The translations under genes and the position numbers were made by a program. Below, piece after piece: positions 9,755 to 19,582 of a stretch of 64,000 nucleotides of DNA. Source of the stretch: Candidatus Omnitrophota bacterium (GTDB lineage Bacteria > Omnitrophota > Gorgyraeia > Zapsychrales > Zapsychraceae); the NCBI GenBank assembly GCA_050250375.1, contig JBFWOS010000002.1:374345-438344 (forward strand), given 5' to 3'. The notes below the pieces were generated by a model, which was not told the DNA's origin, did no database searches, and saw only the letters and a list, made by a program, of their open reading frames with translations. Position 1 is the stretch's first letter; each line of letters opens with the position of its first letter.

Positions 9755-10921
9755 ATGGTTGTTAACGGTATGAAATTTTTATTCTGGTTTTTTATGTTCC
9801 TCATTGCGTATTGTTATTTTTTTTATCCGGTTCTGTTGAGAGTTTTTGCGCGGCTGGTTCCCAGGAAAATTAACAAACAAACTATAACTCCGTCGGTATC
9901 GGTTGTTATTTCAGTCTGGAACGAAGAGGACGTCATCGAAGCCAAGCTGAACAATTTTTTAGCCCTGGATTATCCGGCAGATCAATTTGAAATCCTTATC
10001 GGATCGGACGGATCAACCGACCGGACAAATGCGATCATCAGGCAGTTTCAGGATCAAAGGATCCGCCTGGTTGAGTTGAATGACCGCAAAGGAAAAATGG
10101 CGACGCTGAACCGTCTGGTTGCGCTCGCGAAAAATGAAGTCATTATTTTTACGGACGCCCGGCAGACATTTGAACGTAATGCGATCAGGGAATTGGTCGC
10201 CAATTTTGCGGATCCCACGGTCGGATGTGTGAGCGGGGAGTTGATTTTTTCAAGTAAAGAAGGGGGGACGGCGCGGGGGATCAACCTGTACTGGAATTAT
10301 GAAAAGTTTATGAGGGATTGTGAAAGCCGGATCCATTCCATGCTGGGAGCGACCGGAGCGATTTACGCCATCCGGCGGGAACTGTACAGCGAAGTGCCGG
10401 TCGAAATAGTCCTGGATGATGTTTATATTCCTTTTAAGATTATCCAAAAAGGGTACCGCGCCATCTTTGACGGGGCCGCCAGGGCTTATGATGAAGTCGC
10501 GGACAGTCCCCGGGAAGAGTACAGGCGCAAGGCCAGGACGTTATTCGGGAATTACCAGATTTTCAAACGTTTCACGGGTTTGTTCAATCCGTTTAGCAGT
10601 CCGGTCGCCATCCAGTTTTTTTCGCATAAGTTTTTAAGGGTTATTGTTCCGTTTCTGATGATTGGAATTTTTTGTCTTAATATCGCGCTGGTTTATGATC
10701 CGTTTTACCGGATGGTGCTGGTGTTGGAAATTGTCTTTTACGGCATGGCCGTAACAGGCGCCTTGGCAAGACACCAAAAGTATGGTATTCTCAAACTTCT
10801 TTCCAGGGTCTGCTATGTGCCATATGTCTTTTGTCTGCTGAATTTTTCAGCGCTGATTGGTTTTATAAGGTACATTGGTTCAAAACAAACTATAACCTGG
10901 GAAAAGGCAAGGGCTCAATAA
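9755..10921 (+). CDS. membrane-bound GT2-family glycosyltransferase (synthase-like)
   Basis: N-terminal TM, then SVVISVWNEEDVIEAKL...ILIGSDGSTDRT, DAR and QxxRW-like region and C-terminal TM helices. Architecture resembles processive GT2 synthases. Confidence 0.7.
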   Translation: MVVNGMKFLFWFFMFLIAYCYFFYPVLLRVFARLVPRKINKQTITPSVSVVISVWNEEDVIEAKLNNFLALDYPADQFEILIGSDGSTDRTNAIIRQFQDQRIRLVELNDRKGKMATLNRLVALAKNEVIIFTDARQTFERNAIRELVANFADPTVGCVSGELIFSSKEGGTARGINLYWNYEKFMRDCESRIHSMLGATGAIYAIRRELYSEVPVEIVLDDVYIPFKIIQKGYRAIFDGAARAYDEVADSPREEYRRKARTLFGNYQIFKRFTGLFNPFSSPVAIQFFSHKFLRVIVPFLMIGIFCLNIALVYDPFYRMVLVLEIVFYGMAVTGALARHQKYGILKLLSRVCYVPYVFCLLNFSALIGFIRYIGSKQTITWEKARAQ

Positions 10922-10923
10922 TT

Positions 10924-11757
10924 ATGGAAAAACTGACCAGTTTTGTTAAATCTAACCGGAAAATACTCTTGTCATTTTTTGTCATGGCGGTCGTGTATTT
11001 TCCGACCTTGATCTGGATGTGGGACCGGTGGTGGGTCAGGGATTCTTATTATTCACACGGTTTTTTGATCCCGATTGTCAGTCTATACCTGATTTACCAG
11101 ATGAAAGACGAGCTTTCCAAGATCAAAGTTAAGGAATCACCCTGGGGCATGAGGATGGTTATCGCCGGCGTTTTGCTGCATCTTTTCGCGTCGCATCCGA
11201 ATATCCGTGTATTTTTTATATCGGGGTTTTCGATGATGTTTGTCGTGTCCGGGATAATTTTGTATTTTTACGGCGAGGAGATTTTTAAGAAAATTTCTTT
11301 TCCGTTAGCGTTTCTGGTTTTTATGATCCCGCTGCCATTGGTGGTCATCAATAAACTCAGCCTTCAGTTAAAGATGTTTGCGGCCGAGCTGGCGGCGATC
11401 ACGCTTAATAATATGCGGATTCTGGCAGTCAGGGAAGGGAGTATTATCCGGATGCGCCACGCGCAGGTTATTGTCGATGATGTGTGCAGCGGGCTGCGAT
11501 CGTTAATTTCGCTGGCAGCCCTGGGAAGTATTTTTGCTTATTGGCTGAAGGGGGCCACCTGGAAAAAATTGATATTATTTTTTTCCACCATACCGATCGC
11601 GATCATTACCAATATGTGCCGGGTGGTGGTCTTGTCCTGCATCAGTGAAATCTGGGGCACCGAATACGCCGACGGATTTGTCCATGACATGACCGGGTTT
11701 ATGGTGTTTGCGCTGGCATTTGTCATGTTATACACGGTAGGGAAATTGCTCGAATGA
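10924..11757 (+). CDS. xrtA: exosortase (XrtA/EpsH-like)
   Basis: Polytopic membrane protein with the exosortase catalytic-Cys motif DDVCSGLRSL. It sits directly upstream of an EpsI-like gene and in a locus with PEP-CTERM proteins. The ORF-track start at 10831 overlaps the previous gene; the ATG at 10924 follows its stop. Confidence 0.78.
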   Translation: MEKLTSFVKSNRKILLSFFVMAVVYFPTLIWMWDRWWVRDSYYSHGFLIPIVSLYLIYQMKDELSKIKVKESPWGMRMVIAGVLLHLFASHPNIRVFFISGFSMMFVVSGIILYFYGEEIFKKISFPLAFLVFMIPLPLVVINKLSLQLKMFAAELAAITLNNMRILAVREGSIIRMRHAQVIVDDVCSGLRSLISLAALGSIFAYWLKGATWKKLILFFSTIPIAIITNMCRVVVLSCISEIWGTEYADGFVHDMTGFMVFALAFVMLYTVGKLLE

Positions 11758-12383
11758 AAAATAAAAAATTAATCTTCGTTGGCGTGCTTGTCATTATTTC
11801 AGGGATCGTGTCCTGGACCACTTATCTCAGGGAGTACATTCAGGAAGATACGGTCAACATTCACTCATTTCCCAAGGAAATAAACGGCTGGGTCTCCGAA
11901 GAAATCCCGATCTCGGATGTTGAATACGCGATCCTGGAAACCCGCAACGCGTTTGTCCGCCGGTATACAAATCCCCAGGGAAAAGAAGTGTATATGTTTA
12001 CGGTTTATTCGCAAAAAAACCGTAAGGTTTCCCATCCCCCGGAGGTGTGTTATACCGGAGGCGGGGTCCGGGTGTCCAGCAATGAGATTGACACCATTCA
12101 TGTGCCGGAGGGTAATCTTACGATCAAGGCCCATAAACTGGGCCTTGAACAGAAAAATTACAAGCAAATCGCGTATTACTGGTTCAAGGTCGGGAAGTCT
12201 TTTACCCCCAGTTACTTCAAACAGCAATTGATGATTTTGACGAAAAATTTTGTCGGTAAGCCGGAAAGCAGTGCCCTGATCCGGGTCTCAGCGACCGTTT
12301 TAACGGATGAGGAAAGCGCCGTTGCGGATATCAAAGAGTTTACCGGTGTGATGCTCCCGCACATTTTTCAACACCTTCCTTAA
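11754..12383 (+). CDS. epsI: EpsI-family exosortase-associated protein
   Basis: About 209 aa with an N-terminal signal anchor. Its start overlaps the xrtA stop, which is the typical EpsH-EpsI gene pair arrangement. Confidence 0.6.
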   Translation: MKNKKLIFVGVLVIISGIVSWTTYLREYIQEDTVNIHSFPKEINGWVSEEIPISDVEYAILETRNAFVRRYTNPQGKEVYMFTVYSQKNRKVSHPPEVCYTGGGVRVSSNEIDTIHVPEGNLTIKAHKLGLEQKNYKQIAYYWFKVGKSFTPSYFKQQLMILTKNFVGKPESSALIRVSATVLTDEESAVADIKEFTGVMLPHIFQHLP

Positions 12384-12581
12384 TCTATATAATAAATTAA
12401 AATATGTTCACCCTGTTCAACATGTGTTGATAAAATTAAACATTACGAAGATGGATTTGTCATGGGATGTCTGTATTTGTCATAGTATGTCCTAGTGACC
12501 GGAATAAACGAAATTTATTTAAGTATATTATTTACAGCATTTTATGTAATTATTGAAATATGGGTTGATTGTGTTCTAAAG

Positions 12582-12598
12582 TTGGCACGCATATTGCT
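12582..12598 (+). promoter_or_regulatory. sigma-54 (RpoN) -24/-12 promoter TTGGCACGCATATTGCT
   Basis: Exact match to TGGCACG-N4-TTGCW with GG and GC correctly spaced, about 50 nt upstream of the sugar-transferase ATG. A sigma-54-dependent activator is encoded at 18179..19576. Confidence 0.62.
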
Positions 12599-12648
12599 CT
12601 ATTCGTGGGTACGTATATATTTATGAAAACGTTTTCACGAGGAGCAGC

Positions 12649-13503
12649 ATGACAAGAAAGAAGAAACAACTAGAAACAAGAAAAAGAATTTTAGCCGGTT
12701 TATTTGTGATGGTATTCGGCTTATGTGTGGCATCAGCCTGGGCAACGGTTTCATTCGTAAAACCTCAGGATGCTTCCCAATATATAGCGACTGCAGACCG
12801 ATCCGAGATCCCAGCTGATGTAACAGAAACAGCCAAAACACGGGCCCCGGAACCTTCAACAATGGCCCTTTTTGGCGGCGGTATCGTGGGTATGGTGATG
12901 AGTTTTATCCGAAGGACTTATGCGGCGGTCAAAAGAGTGTTTGACGTTGTGGCTTGTGTTGCCGGGGCGATCATCCTTTCGCCACTATTGATCCTGGCGG
13001 CGGTTTTGGTCAGGGTAACGTCCAAAGGCCCGATTATCTATTCGCAGACACGGGTCGGGAAAGACGGACAGCATTTCCAAATTTATAAATTTCGCACAAT
13101 GAGAGTTGATGCTGAAAAAAATACCGGTCCTGTCTGGGCGGCTAAAGATGATAAACGCTTGACCCCGGTCGGTAAATTTTTAAGAAAATCGCATATTGAT
13201 GAACTTCCCCAGCTTTTTAATGTGTTTAGAGGGGAAATGAGTGTGATCGGACCAAGACCTGAGCGGCCTGTTTTTGTCACCGAATTCAAACAGATTATCC
13301 CCAATTACGAAAATCGATTGGCGGTAAAACCCGGTATCACCGGTTTGGCCCAGGTCTGGCACCGGTATGATGAAACGATCCAGGATGTGAAGAAAAAGTT
13401 AAGATATGACCTCCTATATATCAGAAGGATGTGTTTCTGGGCTGACCTGAACATTATCCTCAGAACAGTTCGCGTTGTCATTACAGGGGAGGGAGCCCGA
13501 TAG
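12649..13503 (+). CDS. polyprenyl-phosphate sugar transferase (small PGT / EpsB-like 'bacterial sugar transferase' domain) with an N-terminal extension containing a PEP-CTERM-like motif
   Basis: C-terminal catalytic domain YKFRTMRVDAEKNTGPVWAAKDDKRLTPVGKFLRKSHIDELPQLFNVFRGEMSVIGPRPERP. The N-terminus has a signal anchor followed by PEPSTMALFGGGIVGMVMSFIRR. GAGGAG RBS is present. Confidence 0.82.
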   Translation: MTRKKKQLETRKRILAGLFVMVFGLCVASAWATVSFVKPQDASQYIATADRSEIPADVTETAKTRAPEPSTMALFGGGIVGMVMSFIRRTYAAVKRVFDVVACVAGAIILSPLLILAAVLVRVTSKGPIIYSQTRVGKDGQHFQIYKFRTMRVDAEKNTGPVWAAKDDKRLTPVGKFLRKSHIDELPQLFNVFRGEMSVIGPRPERPVFVTEFKQIIPNYENRLAVKPGITGLAQVWHRYDETIQDVKKKLRYDLLYIRRMCFWADLNIILRTVRVVITGEGAR

Positions 13504-13605
13504 ACAACACCTCATACATTACATCTTTAGGGAGATGTTTAATATAAAGATTAAAACAATGAAAAAAAACATAATCAAAAAAGTTCAAACAAGGGGAGTA
13601 GAAAA

Positions 13606-14485
13606 AATGAAGAAATTATTTTACGTACTTGCACTTGCTCTGACCGTTGCTTTACCGGCAACAGGGGCAATGGCTGATCCTGGCCCGTACGACACAACAA
13701 AATGTGCCGATAATAACGGTGGCGGTGTCTTTACAGCCTGCGAATCAAACAACACGGTTGATGTCTTTAATGCCATCAACAAGGTCTTTACAGACCGTGG
13801 TTTGGCTTCACCGGGATATACTGATAATGAAGGAACAGATGCCGTTCAATATGTTGCGCAGAACGAATTCTGGTCACAATTATCATCTGATGACTCATCA
13901 CAATTCGCTTTTATTTCGCTGACAGCGGGCAATTTAAACACCTTGGGTGTTTTTCCGGCTGGCGGTAATGCGGCAACCGATTCAACATTCTTTTCACTTA
14001 CTTTTACTGGTGAACAATTTACCGGTAATGGTACAATTGGTAATCCATATCCTGGTTTTACCAATCCGTTGAATAATGTTGATTTTGGTTTTTCACTAAA
14101 ATCAAATAATGAACCATTTTATACAAATATTCTTTCTTCAGTTCCTGGACAAAATGCTGATGGATTGGATCATATGCTGACTTTTGAATTGTCAGCCTTG
14201 GCTGGTCAAACCATCTATGTCAAATTGGATGGAAACAACGATGGGGACCTGGATGACGTCGAAGACACATTGGTAGAAATTGAACTGACCGATGAGACAT
14301 TCCTGATCGCCTGGGAAGATCTTTTTAATTCTTCTGCTGAGTTTGATTCTGATTACAATGATTCAATTTTCTTGGTTACCAAGATCAAACCAACAGACCA
14401 TGTCGTTCCTGAACCAATGAGTATGTTATTATTCGGAAGCGGTTTGGCCGGTTTAGTGGCTACTCGCCGAAGAAAAGTTTGCTAA
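13606..14485 (+). CDS. PEP-CTERM domain secreted protein (exosortase substrate)
   Basis: Signal peptide MKKLFYVLALALTVALPATGAMA; C-terminus VPEPMSMLLFGSGLAGLVATRRRKVC is a canonical PEP-CTERM sorting signal. AAGGGGAG RBS is present. The ORF-track start at 13475 has a long unconserved leader. Confidence 0.82.
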
Positions 14486-14566
14486 TTGTTTTAAAGTTGC
14501 AATTTGTTGCAGTATCTTTTTATAAAGTGACTTAAGAGAAATCTTAAGGAAGGAGGGTATATCCCG

Positions 14567-14848
14567 ATGGAAGTTTTAAAAAAGACAAAAACACTAAGAG
14601 CCTTATTTGCGGCAGCTCTTGTTCCATTCATCACCGCTTGTAATGGCGGTGGAGGTGGGGGTGGTTCAGCCCTTCTTGGCGTCGGCAGTTTATTTAGTGG
14701 CACAGGAGGCGGAGGGGAAGCCGGTCCAGGTTTACTCCCCGGTGGAGACCAAGTGGCTTCACTAACGAACCCGGAACCAGCTAGCATGTTACTTGTTGGA
14801 AGTGGAATGGCAGCGATGGCCTACTTTAACAGAAAGAGAAAGCAATAA
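14567..14848 (+). CDS. small glycine-rich PEP-CTERM protein (93 aa), possible lipobox
   Basis: C-terminus NPEPASMLLVGSGMAAMAYFNRKRKQ; signal peptide ending ITAC; poly-Gly tracts; GGAGGG RBS. Confidence 0.68.
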   Translation: MEVLKKTKTLRALFAAALVPFITACNGGGGGGGSALLGVGSLFSGTGGGGEAGPGLLPGGDQVASLTNPEPASMLLVGSGMAAMAYFNRKRKQ

Positions 14849-14884
14849 GAAAAGTCTGAAATTGACGATACAAGGCAAAAAAAT

Positions 14885-14924
14885 AAGGCAGGTTATTTAA
14901 AAAATAGCTTGCCTTATTTTTTTA
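14885..14924 (+). terminator. rho-independent terminator
   Basis: AAGGCAGG ... CTTGCCTT stem followed by TTATTTTTTT immediately after the last PEP-CTERM gene. Confidence 0.6.
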
Positions 14925-15127
14925 TCTTCGAAGGAAGATATTTATAAAAAACTAAATGGTTTCCCATAAATTTTATGGATTTGTCATTGACGGTGATTAA
15001 ACCCTATGCTACGATCATTGGCATAATATATTCGTACATAATGGTTTACCCGAATTTAAGATAATCAGACGGCTTTTATTCTTTGTCTTGAATTATTGAT
15101 GTTCGGGACAAGGGGATAGGTAAATAT

Positions 15128-15991
15128 ATGAAAGAGAAAAAATCACAACCTAAAATTTTTACAATCCTGCGCTCATCCGTCAATACAATTTTCACGAATG
15201 ACGCCATCATTTTTCCATTCTTTGTCATTATATTTTTTCAACTGTTAATTTTGGAAATTTTGTATTTCATTCCGCAATGGCCGCTGAATGTCTTTTTCGG
15301 TCCGATCGTGGCGAAACTCTGGTCGGTTACCTATATGCATTATCCGTTTAATCTGGTACTATTGCCGAAATTATTTTATTATGCGCTAATCCCGGTTTAT
15401 ATTCTGTTGTCCAGTTTTTTGATTTGCATGGCGATTTCCGCCATTCTCATGATCAATAACGATGAAGAACCTAAAGTGGGGGTAATTTTCAAACGGCTGC
15501 TTCCTTCCTATATATATATCGTTGTATGTTCGGTGATCACATTTTTCTTTATCAAACTTTTTATGCAGGGTTATGACCTGATTTATGAACGGGCGATGAA
15601 TATCCGCTCCCAGGCTGGGCCGATTTACTGGCTTAAAGCAACGGTTGTTCAGGGGGCGCCTTATTTTAAAGTCCTGTTGAATGTGCTGGGAACAACCATG
15701 TTTGCTTATGTGTTTCCGCTGATTGTCATTGAAAAACGCAATGTGTTTACAGCCATCATCGAGAATTTGAAATATGTGATAACAGCCCCGATTAAGACAT
15801 TCCTCATTGTCCTTATCCCGACATTGTTATATATCCTTATTCTGTTATCCCGGGGGCATGTCCCGTTTGAAGCGGAAATCCCTGAAATGCGGGTGGTATC
15901 GATCGTGGTGAGTGTTTTGGTGATGGTTTTTATTGACGCGGTCATTTATACATCCATAACAACATTTTATTTAATCAGAAAAGGACAGTAG
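15128..15991 (+). CDS. polytopic integral membrane protein, function unknown
   Basis: 287 aa with at least 7 hydrophobic helices; no recognisable motif. Confidence 0.5.
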   Translation: MKEKKSQPKIFTILRSSVNTIFTNDAIIFPFFVIIFFQLLILEILYFIPQWPLNVFFGPIVAKLWSVTYMHYPFNLVLLPKLFYYALIPVYILLSSFLICMAISAILMINNDEEPKVGVIFKRLLPSYIYIVVCSVITFFFIKLFMQGYDLIYERAMNIRSQAGPIYWLKATVVQGAPYFKVLLNVLGTTMFAYVFPLIVIEKRNVFTAIIENLKYVITAPIKTFLIVLIPTLLYILILLSRGHVPFEAEIPEMRVVSIVVSVLVMVFIDAVIYTSITTFYLIRKGQ

Positions 15992-16888
15992 ATGAAGAAG
16001 GCCTATCTATTTTTATTCGCGATTTTACTCGGGGTTTTTGCTGTTCTGACGGCCATGGACTTTCGGGGGAATTATGCCTCTGAACGGACGTTATGGAGGA
16101 TTAATAATGTTTTCGCCAAGGCGGCCCGGGATCCAAAGATTATTCCGGAAGCAACCTTCATCCGGATCGTTAACCAGTATGAACAATTTATTAAAGATTA
16201 TCCCGATTCGACCTTGTTGCCGGTAGCCCACATCCTGATCGGCCGTGTGTATATGATTAAAAAAGAATTCGGGAAGGCCAGGGATATTTATGAGGAAGTT
16301 GTAAAGTTGTATCATGACAAACCGAATATCGCTGTGGAAGTGGTGGCTGATATCGGGAGGACGTACGCGTTGGAAGAAAACGTGAATGGTGTGATCGGAA
16401 ATTACAAACGGGTCATCCAGGATTATCCGACCACCCAGATAGGGCTTCAGGCGCCCATTTTATTGACTAAATTGTATTCGGTCCGGGGAGATTCTGTTCG
16501 GACGGAAGAGGCGTATAAACAGGCGGTCGAACATTATAAAAAATTAATTAATGATAATCCCAATGACCGGATCGAATTTGACGCGTTACGGTCGCTGGGG
16601 ACATTATATCTGACGGCCAATCAAAAAAGAAAAGCGGTGGAGACCTTCGGAAAGGTTCTTGTAAAATTTCCCCAACGGGAGTATTTGACGTCGAACAGAG
16701 TTACCACCCTTATTAAAACAATTAATACGGTTGCCATCGTTGATCTGAAAGATTATGATCTTCCGGTTTCGATTTATGAAGAATTTATCAAAGTCCATCC
16801 CGACCACCCGTTTGTGAGTTCATTTAAGGATATTATCGAAAGCGTCAAATTATTAAAAGACAGTAAATTAACGATTGATGGAAAATAA
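15992..16888 (+). CDS. secreted TPR-like helical-repeat protein
   Basis: Signal peptide MKKAYLFLFAILLGVFAVLTA; helical repeat composition resembles tol-pal YbgF-like or TPR proteins. Confidence 0.42.
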   Translation: MKKAYLFLFAILLGVFAVLTAMDFRGNYASERTLWRINNVFAKAARDPKIIPEATFIRIVNQYEQFIKDYPDSTLLPVAHILIGRVYMIKKEFGKARDIYEEVVKLYHDKPNIAVEVVADIGRTYALEENVNGVIGNYKRVIQDYPTTQIGLQAPILLTKLYSVRGDSVRTEEAYKQAVEHYKKLINDNPNDRIEFDALRSLGTLYLTANQKRKAVETFGKVLVKFPQREYLTSNRVTTLIKTINTVAIVDLKDYDLPVSIYEEFIKVHPDHPFVSSFKDIIESVKLLKDSKLTIDGK

Positions 16889-16905
16889 TAAATTGAGCCT
16901 TCGAG

Positions 16906-18192
16906 ATGAAATCAGCCATTGATGAGTTAAGCCAGGCAGAATTATTTCAGAAAATCGGTGACATTTGTGCGACAGTCAACACGGCTTTGGGAGAGAAAGA
17001 TTTACTCGACGTGTCGCTTAAAAAAATTATGGAATTGTATGGAGCGACCCGCGGTTCGGTTTTTATCATTACAGAGGCCGGCCACGAGTTGATGCTCAAG
17101 AGTTCTTTCGGTATGAAGATCCAAGAAAAAGAAAGTATGATTAAACAGATGGGGCAGGGAATCGTCGGCCGGGTTGCCCAGTTAAAAGAACCGATGTACG
17201 TGGACGATATCGCGAAAGACGGCCGTTTTAGCAATTTCAAGGGCCGGGGCAGTTATTCAACGCCTTCCTTTATCTGCGCCCCGCTGATGGTCAAAGACCA
17301 GCTGATCGGCGTGATTAACATCGCTGATAAAGAGACAGGCAACCGATTTAACGAGACCGACATGCAGCTGCTGGATTTTCTTACCACCCAGGTCGCATTA
17401 AACCACCGACGGATCCAGCTGCATCAAAAATTCAAACGCATCGTTAAAGAAAAAGAAAGTCTGAAAGACCAGCTCGGCCAGACCGACCAGGAAAAAAATA
17501 AACTTAAAAAGCAGATCGTCGTCCATGAAAAGCTGGCCACCATCGGCAAGCTCGCCGGCGGTATTGCGCATGAATTCAATAATCCGCTGGACGGAGTTAT
17601 GCGGTACACGAACCTCTGTCTGGACCATATCCAGGAAGATGAGGTGGTCCGCGGATATCTGATTGAAATCAAACACGGTTTGAACCGTATGGCCAATATT
17701 GTCCGCAACCTTCTGGCCTGTTCCCGGGAGGATTATCCCGCCCAGCAATTTGTCGAGTTGAAACAGGCGTTTGAGCATGCCCTGTCCGCGAAAATGAACG
17801 AAATATTACGCAAGAATATAGTTGTTGAACGGAATATTTCCCAGAGCATTCGTCCGATCCGGGATCTTGGCATCGAACGTATTTTTACGAATTTGATCAA
17901 TAACGCAGTGGACGCCATTGACCAGGGGGGGAAGATTTCCATGAAGGCCGAGATCCATACCCAGGTTCTTGTCATTTATTTTTCCGATACGGGGCGGGGG
18001 ATCAGTCCGGAGCATATCAGCAAGGTTTTCGAACCGTTTTTTACGACCAAGGATATCGATAAAGGCTGCGGGTTGGGTCTGACGATTGTCGGGGAAATTA
18101 TCAAATCGTATGAAGGAACCATTGATATTGAAAGTGAGGTAGGGGTGGGGACGGCTTATACCATTAAAATCCCGTTAATTGACCATGATTGA
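16906..18192 (+). CDS. GAF-domain sensor histidine kinase (PrsK-like partner of the sigma-54 regulator)
   Basis: N-terminal GAF domain, HisKA H-box (HEFNNPL) and HATPase_c N/G boxes (NLINNAVDA, DTGRGI, GLGL). Confidence 0.72.
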   Translation: MKSAIDELSQAELFQKIGDICATVNTALGEKDLLDVSLKKIMELYGATRGSVFIITEAGHELMLKSSFGMKIQEKESMIKQMGQGIVGRVAQLKEPMYVDDIAKDGRFSNFKGRGSYSTPSFICAPLMVKDQLIGVINIADKETGNRFNETDMQLLDFLTTQVALNHRRIQLHQKFKRIVKEKESLKDQLGQTDQEKNKLKKQIVVHEKLATIGKLAGGIAHEFNNPLDGVMRYTNLCLDHIQEDEVVRGYLIEIKHGLNRMANIVRNLLACSREDYPAQQFVELKQAFEHALSAKMNEILRKNIVVERNISQSIRPIRDLGIERIFTNLINNAVDAIDQGGKISMKAEIHTQVLVIYFSDTGRGISPEHISKVFEPFFTTKDIDKGCGLGLTIVGEIIKSYEGTIDIESEVGVGTAYTIKIPLIDHD

Positions 18193-19576
18193 TAAACGCG
18201 ACAACCAGAAATATAACATTATGGTGGTGGACGACGAGCCGCTGATCCGGGAATCTTTGTTCGAGATTTTCAAGATCGAAGGATTCCGGGTGCAGATGGC
18301 ATCATCCGCCGAAGAAGCGCTGAAAGTCCTGGAAAAACATCCGGCGGATATTATTATCACCGATTTGAAATTGCCGAGAATGAGCGGCCTTGAGCTGCTC
18401 CAGGAAGTAAAAAAGAATTATGAAAGAACGGAAGTCATCGTGATCACCGGGTACGGATCGATCGAGACGGCCGTAGAAGCCATGAAGATCGGCGCCTTTG
18501 ATTATATAACCAAACCGATCAATGACAGTGAGATTAAGCTTATTATCGGGAATATTGTCGGGAAACTCAGGCTGATTGAAGAAAACGTCGCTTTAAGGGG
18601 GTTGATCGCCAAGGACAAACGCAAATCGCTGGCCGGGATGATCGGTTCCAGCCAGAAAATGCAGGCGGTTTACAACATCATCGATTCCGTCGCGTCCACA
18701 AACGCCACGATCTTGATTACCGGAGAGAGCGGTACAGGTAAGGGGATGGTGGCCAAGGCAATTCATTATTGTGATGAAAACCGTAAAAATAAACCGTTTG
18801 TTGAAATCAGCTGCGGGGCGCTCTCGGAGACCCTGCTGGAAAGCGAACTCTTTGGGCATATGAAGGGGGCTTTCACGGGAGCGATCAAGGACAAAGAAGG
18901 GCGCTTTGAATACGCAAAGGGTGGAACAATCTTTCTCGATGAAATCGACGCGTTTTCTCCCAGCCTTCAGGTAAAACTGTTAAAGGTTTTGCAGGACGGT
19001 GTCTTTGAGCGGGTCGGCGATAATGTGACCCGCAAGGCCGATGCCAGGATTATCGTGGCAACCAACCAGCAGTTGACGGATCTCGTCGATGAAGGGACAT
19101 TCCGTGAAGATTTGTATTACCGGATCAATGTCATCGCGATCCAGATGCCGCCCCTGCGGGACCGCAAGGACGATATCAAAGTGCTGGTTGACTTTTTCCT
19201 GGATCTCTACAGCAAATCAAACAATAAGAAGATTTCCGGCGTTTCCGATGAAGTGATCAAGATGTTTAAGAACTACAATTGGCCGGGCAATATCCGTGAA
19301 CTGGAAAACGCCATTGAAGGGGCGGTGATTATGGCCAAGACCGAGACCGTTCAGAAACAGGATGTACCGAATTATGCCAAATTTGATGAAACGGAGATCC
19401 GGTCGACGGAGATTAAATCGTTAAAGAAGGCGACTGAACAACCTGAACGGGAGCATATTATTTCCATACTTAACGAATGTAATTGGAACAGGAACAAGGC
19501 TGCTGCTGCGTTGGGGGTTAACCGGACAACTTTATACAATAAAATGAAAAAATATCATATTCTGGATAAAAAATAA
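18179..19576 (+). CDS. sigma-54-dependent Fis-family response regulator (NtrC-type; PrsR-like)
   Basis: Receiver domain (VVDDEP...DLKLP), AAA+ sigma-54 interaction domain with GESGTGKG Walker A and GAFTGA motif, and a C-terminal Fis-type HTH. Confidence 0.88.
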   Translation: MTMIDKRDNQKYNIMVVDDEPLIRESLFEIFKIEGFRVQMASSAEEALKVLEKHPADIIITDLKLPRMSGLELLQEVKKNYERTEVIVITGYGSIETAVEAMKIGAFDYITKPINDSEIKLIIGNIVGKLRLIEENVALRGLIAKDKRKSLAGMIGSSQKMQAVYNIIDSVASTNATILITGESGTGKGMVAKAIHYCDENRKNKPFVEISCGALSETLLESELFGHMKGAFTGAIKDKEGRFEYAKGGTIFLDEIDAFSPSLQVKLLKVLQDGVFERVGDNVTRKADARIIVATNQQLTDLVDEGTFREDLYYRINVIAIQMPPLRDRKDDIKVLVDFFLDLYSKSNNKKISGVSDEVIKMFKNYNWPGNIRELENAIEGAVIMAKTETVQKQDVPNYAKFDETEIRSTEIKSLKKATEQPEREHIISILNECNWNRNKAAAALGVNRTTLYNKMKKYHILDKK

Positions 19577-19582
19577 ATACCT

